DNA of 32,000 bases. Source: Candidatus Saccharimonadota bacterium. GTDB taxonomy: Bacteria; Patescibacteriota; Gracilibacteria; BD1-5; UBA2023. Position 1 is the first letter of the stretch, and each line of letters opens with the position of its first letter. Under the pieces are notes generated by a model, which saw only the letters and a list, made by a program, of their open reading frames with translations, made no database searches and was not told the DNA's origin. Location of the stretch: NCBI GenBank assembly GCA_046350815.1, contig JAXLZO010000001.1, positions 360,001 to 392,000 on the forward strand. Reading direction: 5' to 3'. This document shows positions 29,719 through 32,000 of the stretch, in pieces. A program made the position numbers and the translations under genes.

Positions 29719-30567
29719 ATGGCACTAAAAAAATATCGCCCTACGACGCCAAGTCGTCGTCAAATGACGGGTTACTCATTTGATGAGATCACAACAAGCA
29801 CTCCGTATAAGCCACTTACAACTCGTATCAAGACTCATGCGGGACGAAACAATACTGGTACTATTACCGTACGTCATCAAGGTGCAGGTCATAAGAAACG
29901 CTACCGTCTCGTTGATTTTGCTTTTACTGGCAAGCTCAATGTACCAGCAAAAGTTGAAACAATCGAATACGATCCATATCGAACTGGCTATATCGCACTC
30001 GTTTGTTATTATGATGGAGAGAGACGATACGTGCTTGCCCATAAAGACATGAAGGTAGGCGATGTGATTATCACTGCTGAAACGGCAAAGCCAGTTGCAG
30101 GAAATCGTATGAAGATTGGTAATATTCCAGTTGGACTTGCGATCTATAATCTTGAACTTATTGTCGGGCAAGGAGCATCAAGTGTTCGATCTGCTGGATC
30201 GAGTGCAATGGTGAGTTCACAAGAAGGTGAGTATACACAAGTAAAAATGCCCTCTGGTGAAATACGAAAAATTCACAAGAATTGTTACGCAACTATTGGT
30301 GTTGTATCTAATACAGATCATAACCAAATTGTGATTGGTAAAGCAGGTCGTTCTCGATGGATGGGTATTCGTCCTACGGTACTCGGTTCATCTATGAATG
30401 CTGTAGATCATCCACATGGTGGTGGTGAGTGACATCAATCTCTCGGTCAACGAAAAGGTCCAAAGACTCCTTGGGGAAAACTTGCTCGTGGTGTCAAAAC
30501 TCGACGACGCAAAGATACCAATCGTTGGATTGTTCGTACACGAGCTGGTAAGCTTCTCAATCCTTAG
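29719..30567 (+). CDS. rplB: 50S ribosomal protein L2
   Basis: 282 codons. ...[28 protein letters not shown]..., where TGA 30430-30432 falls on the conserved Gly. TAG 30565-30567. Confidence 0.95.
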
Positions 30568-30585
30568 TCCCTTTCTCTTCATCTT

Positions 30586-30849
30586 ATGTCACGAAGTCTT
30601 AAAAAAGGACCATATATTGCGGAAAAACTTGTCAAAAAGATTCATACTTTGAATACTTCAGGCAAAAAGACCATCATTAAGACATGGTCACGAGATTGTA
30701 CGATTACTCCTGAGTTTGTTGGACACACATTTGGTGTTCACAACGGCAAGGCTCATACTCCTGTATTTGTTACAGAAGATATGGTCGGGCACAAACTTGG
30801 AGAATTCTCTTTCACCCGCAAGTTTACTGGTCACGCTGGTAATAGATAG
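30586..30849 (+). CDS. rpsS: 30S ribosomal protein S19
   Basis: [15 protein letters not shown]...[29 protein letters not shown]. Confidence 0.95.
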   Translation: MSRSLKKGPYIAEKLVKKIHTLNTSGKKTIIKTWSRDCTITPEFVGHTFGVHNGKAHTPVFVTEDMVGHKLGEFSFTRKFTGHAGNR

Positions 30850-30863
30850 TTTTTTTCAACGCT

Positions 30864-31190
30864 ATGAAATCATATATTCGAAACGCTCGAATCTCACCTC
30901 GAAAAATGCAGGTGATTGCTGCTATTGTCCGTAACATGGATGTAAAGCAAGCGCTTGATACACTCCAATTTATGCCACAGAAATGAGCTCTTATCCTTTA
31001 TAAGGGTCTTCATTCTGCTACTGCAAATGCAGAGCATAATGATATGCAAGAACGAACAAACCTCGTTATTGAGAGTTTGGTTGTAAGTAAGGGAGTGGTA
31101 TACAAGCGATTCAATCCTGTTTCTCGTGGGCGAGCTCACCCAATCAAGAAACGAACTTCCAATGTTTCTATTTCTCTTTCCGTAAAATAA
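30864..31190 (+). CDS. rplV: 50S ribosomal protein L22
   Basis: Absent from the ORF track because of TGA at codon 41. MKSYIRNARISPRKMQVIAAIVRNMDVKQALDTLQFMPQK-G-ALILYKGLHSATANAEHN... TAA 31188-31190. Confidence 0.9.
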
Positions 31191-31194
31191 TCCT

Positions 31195-31827
31195 ATGGGA
31201 CACAAAGTTAGCCCTCTGGCATTCCGTATTGGATATATTAAAACATGGAAGACTTCTGGTTTTTTTGACAAGAAGGAGTATGGATCAAATGTTTCAACTG
31301 ATCTTAATATTCGATTTTTTGTACAATCATTCCTCAAAGGACTTCCTATTGCAAATATTTTTATCTCTCATACAAGCACTGGTATCTCTATTGTGATCTA
31401 TACGTCACGTACGGCACTTGTTCTCGGTGAGGGTGATGAAAATGCAACAAAACTTCAATTAGCTATCCAAAAGAAGTTTGGAAAAATCGCCACAATTGAG
31501 GCAAGGGAGGTAAAAAAACCTGAACTTTCTGCAGATTTAGTCGCTGATTCTATTGCTCGACAAATCGAAAAGAAAATGCCATATCGACGAGTTATTAAAA
31601 ACGCGATTGCTCGATCTCTTGAGAAAGGTGCACTTGGAATCAAAGTTATTCTTTCTGGTCGTATTAATGGTGCGGAAATCGCTCGTCGTGAAACCTACAA
31701 AGAAGGAAATATCCCAACACAAACTATCCGAGCTGATATTGACTACGCTACAGAGCGATCAGAAACAGTAGCTGGTACAATTGGCGTTAAGGTATGGGTG
31801 TACAAAGGGGAGGTCTTCAAAAAATAG
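31195..31827 (+). CDS. rpsC: 30S ribosomal protein S3
   Basis: MGHKVSPLAFRIGYIKTWKTSGFF... with KH and S3-C regions. Confidence 0.95.
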   Translation: MGHKVSPLAFRIGYIKTWKTSGFFDKKEYGSNVSTDLNIRFFVQSFLKGLPIANIFISHTSTGISIVIYTSRTALVLGEGDENATKLQLAIQKKFGKIATIEAREVKKPELSADLVADSIARQIEKKMPYRRVIKNAIARSLEKGALGIKVILSGRINGAEIARRETYKEGNIPTQTIRADIDYATERSETVAGTIGVKVWVYKGEVFKK

Positions 31828-31867
31828 TTTTGACAATTTGCTTATTTCTCTATAATTAGGGTCGTTT

Positions 31868-32000
31868 ATGTTACAGCCATCACGGGTTAAATACCGCAAA
31901 CCTCAACGTGGGGTCATTCGTGGAATAGCTGTTCGTGGTTCTACAGTTGCTTTTGGTGCATTTGCATTGAAGACTGTTGAGCCAGGATATCTGAATTCCC
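31868..32000 (+). CDS. rplP: 50S ribosomal protein L16, N-terminal part (runs off the window)
   Basis: MLQPSRVKYRKPQRGVIRGIAVRGSTVAFGAFALKTVEPG... Confidence 0.9.
   Translation, partial: MLQPSRVKYRKPQRGVIRGIAVRGSTVAFGAFALKTVEPGYLNS

Noticed and set aside
31868-32000. The window starts with the end of the alpha operon and ends inside the S10 operon on the same strand, so it might be part of a ~40-kb circular or duplicated unit.
   Set aside because: This cannot be evaluated from one window. A split ribosomal cluster on a normal chromosome explains it equally well. It is noted only within the synteny finding.

Overview
The window comes from a bacterium that reads UGA as glycine (NCBI translation table 25, Absconditabacteria/SR1 or Gracilibacteria type, roughly 38-40% GC by eye). 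The supplied standard-code ORF track therefore splits about 20 real genes at in-frame TGA codons. I re-joined them by hand, checking that no TAA or TAG interrupts each frame. In order, the window contains: (1) rpoA(3' part)-rplQ-rplM-rpsI-rpsL-rpsG-rpmA. (2) A ~1.7 kb compositionally foreign minus-strand cassette: a tail-anchored small membrane protein, an XRE-like HTH fragment with a perfect palindrome, and a 279-aa unknown protein. (3) A DEAD-box helicase with an RGG tail, a small promoter-ORF-terminator unit, and an FNR-like flavoprotein reductase. (4) A polytopic membrane protein fused to a pilin-like domain. (5) Two apparently identical 753-bp IS1595-family elements in inverted orientation. 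They bracket a 1133-aa UvrD-type helicase/RecB-type nuclease fusion and a YraN-like endonuclease. (6) A 792-aa surface protein with tandem Ig-like domains and 16 BspA-type 22-aa leucine-rich repeats, plus an FKBP-type lipoprotein. (7) tRNA-Asp, tRNA-Ala, an S21-like ORF, tuf, rpsJ, rpmB, tRNA-Leu(UAA), rpsP, khpA and a VirB2/TrbC-like small membrane protein. (8) An IS481-like element with a 15-16 bp target duplication and a transposase interrupted by TAA. (9) gyrA, an AI-2E family permease, an OmpR/HisKA two-component pair and a secreted hypothetical protein. (10) rplC-rplD-rplW-rplB-rpsS-rplV-rpsC-rplP(5' part). I did not find a clear new multi-gene system. The points most worth a second look are the recoding and its uneven codon distribution, the recoded mobile elements, the code- and RBS-discordant cassette at 2.95-4.6 kb, the pilin fusion, the repeat-rich surface protein, and the broken str/S10 ribosomal cluster. 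All coordinates and translations were derived by hand from the sequence. No database searches were run.
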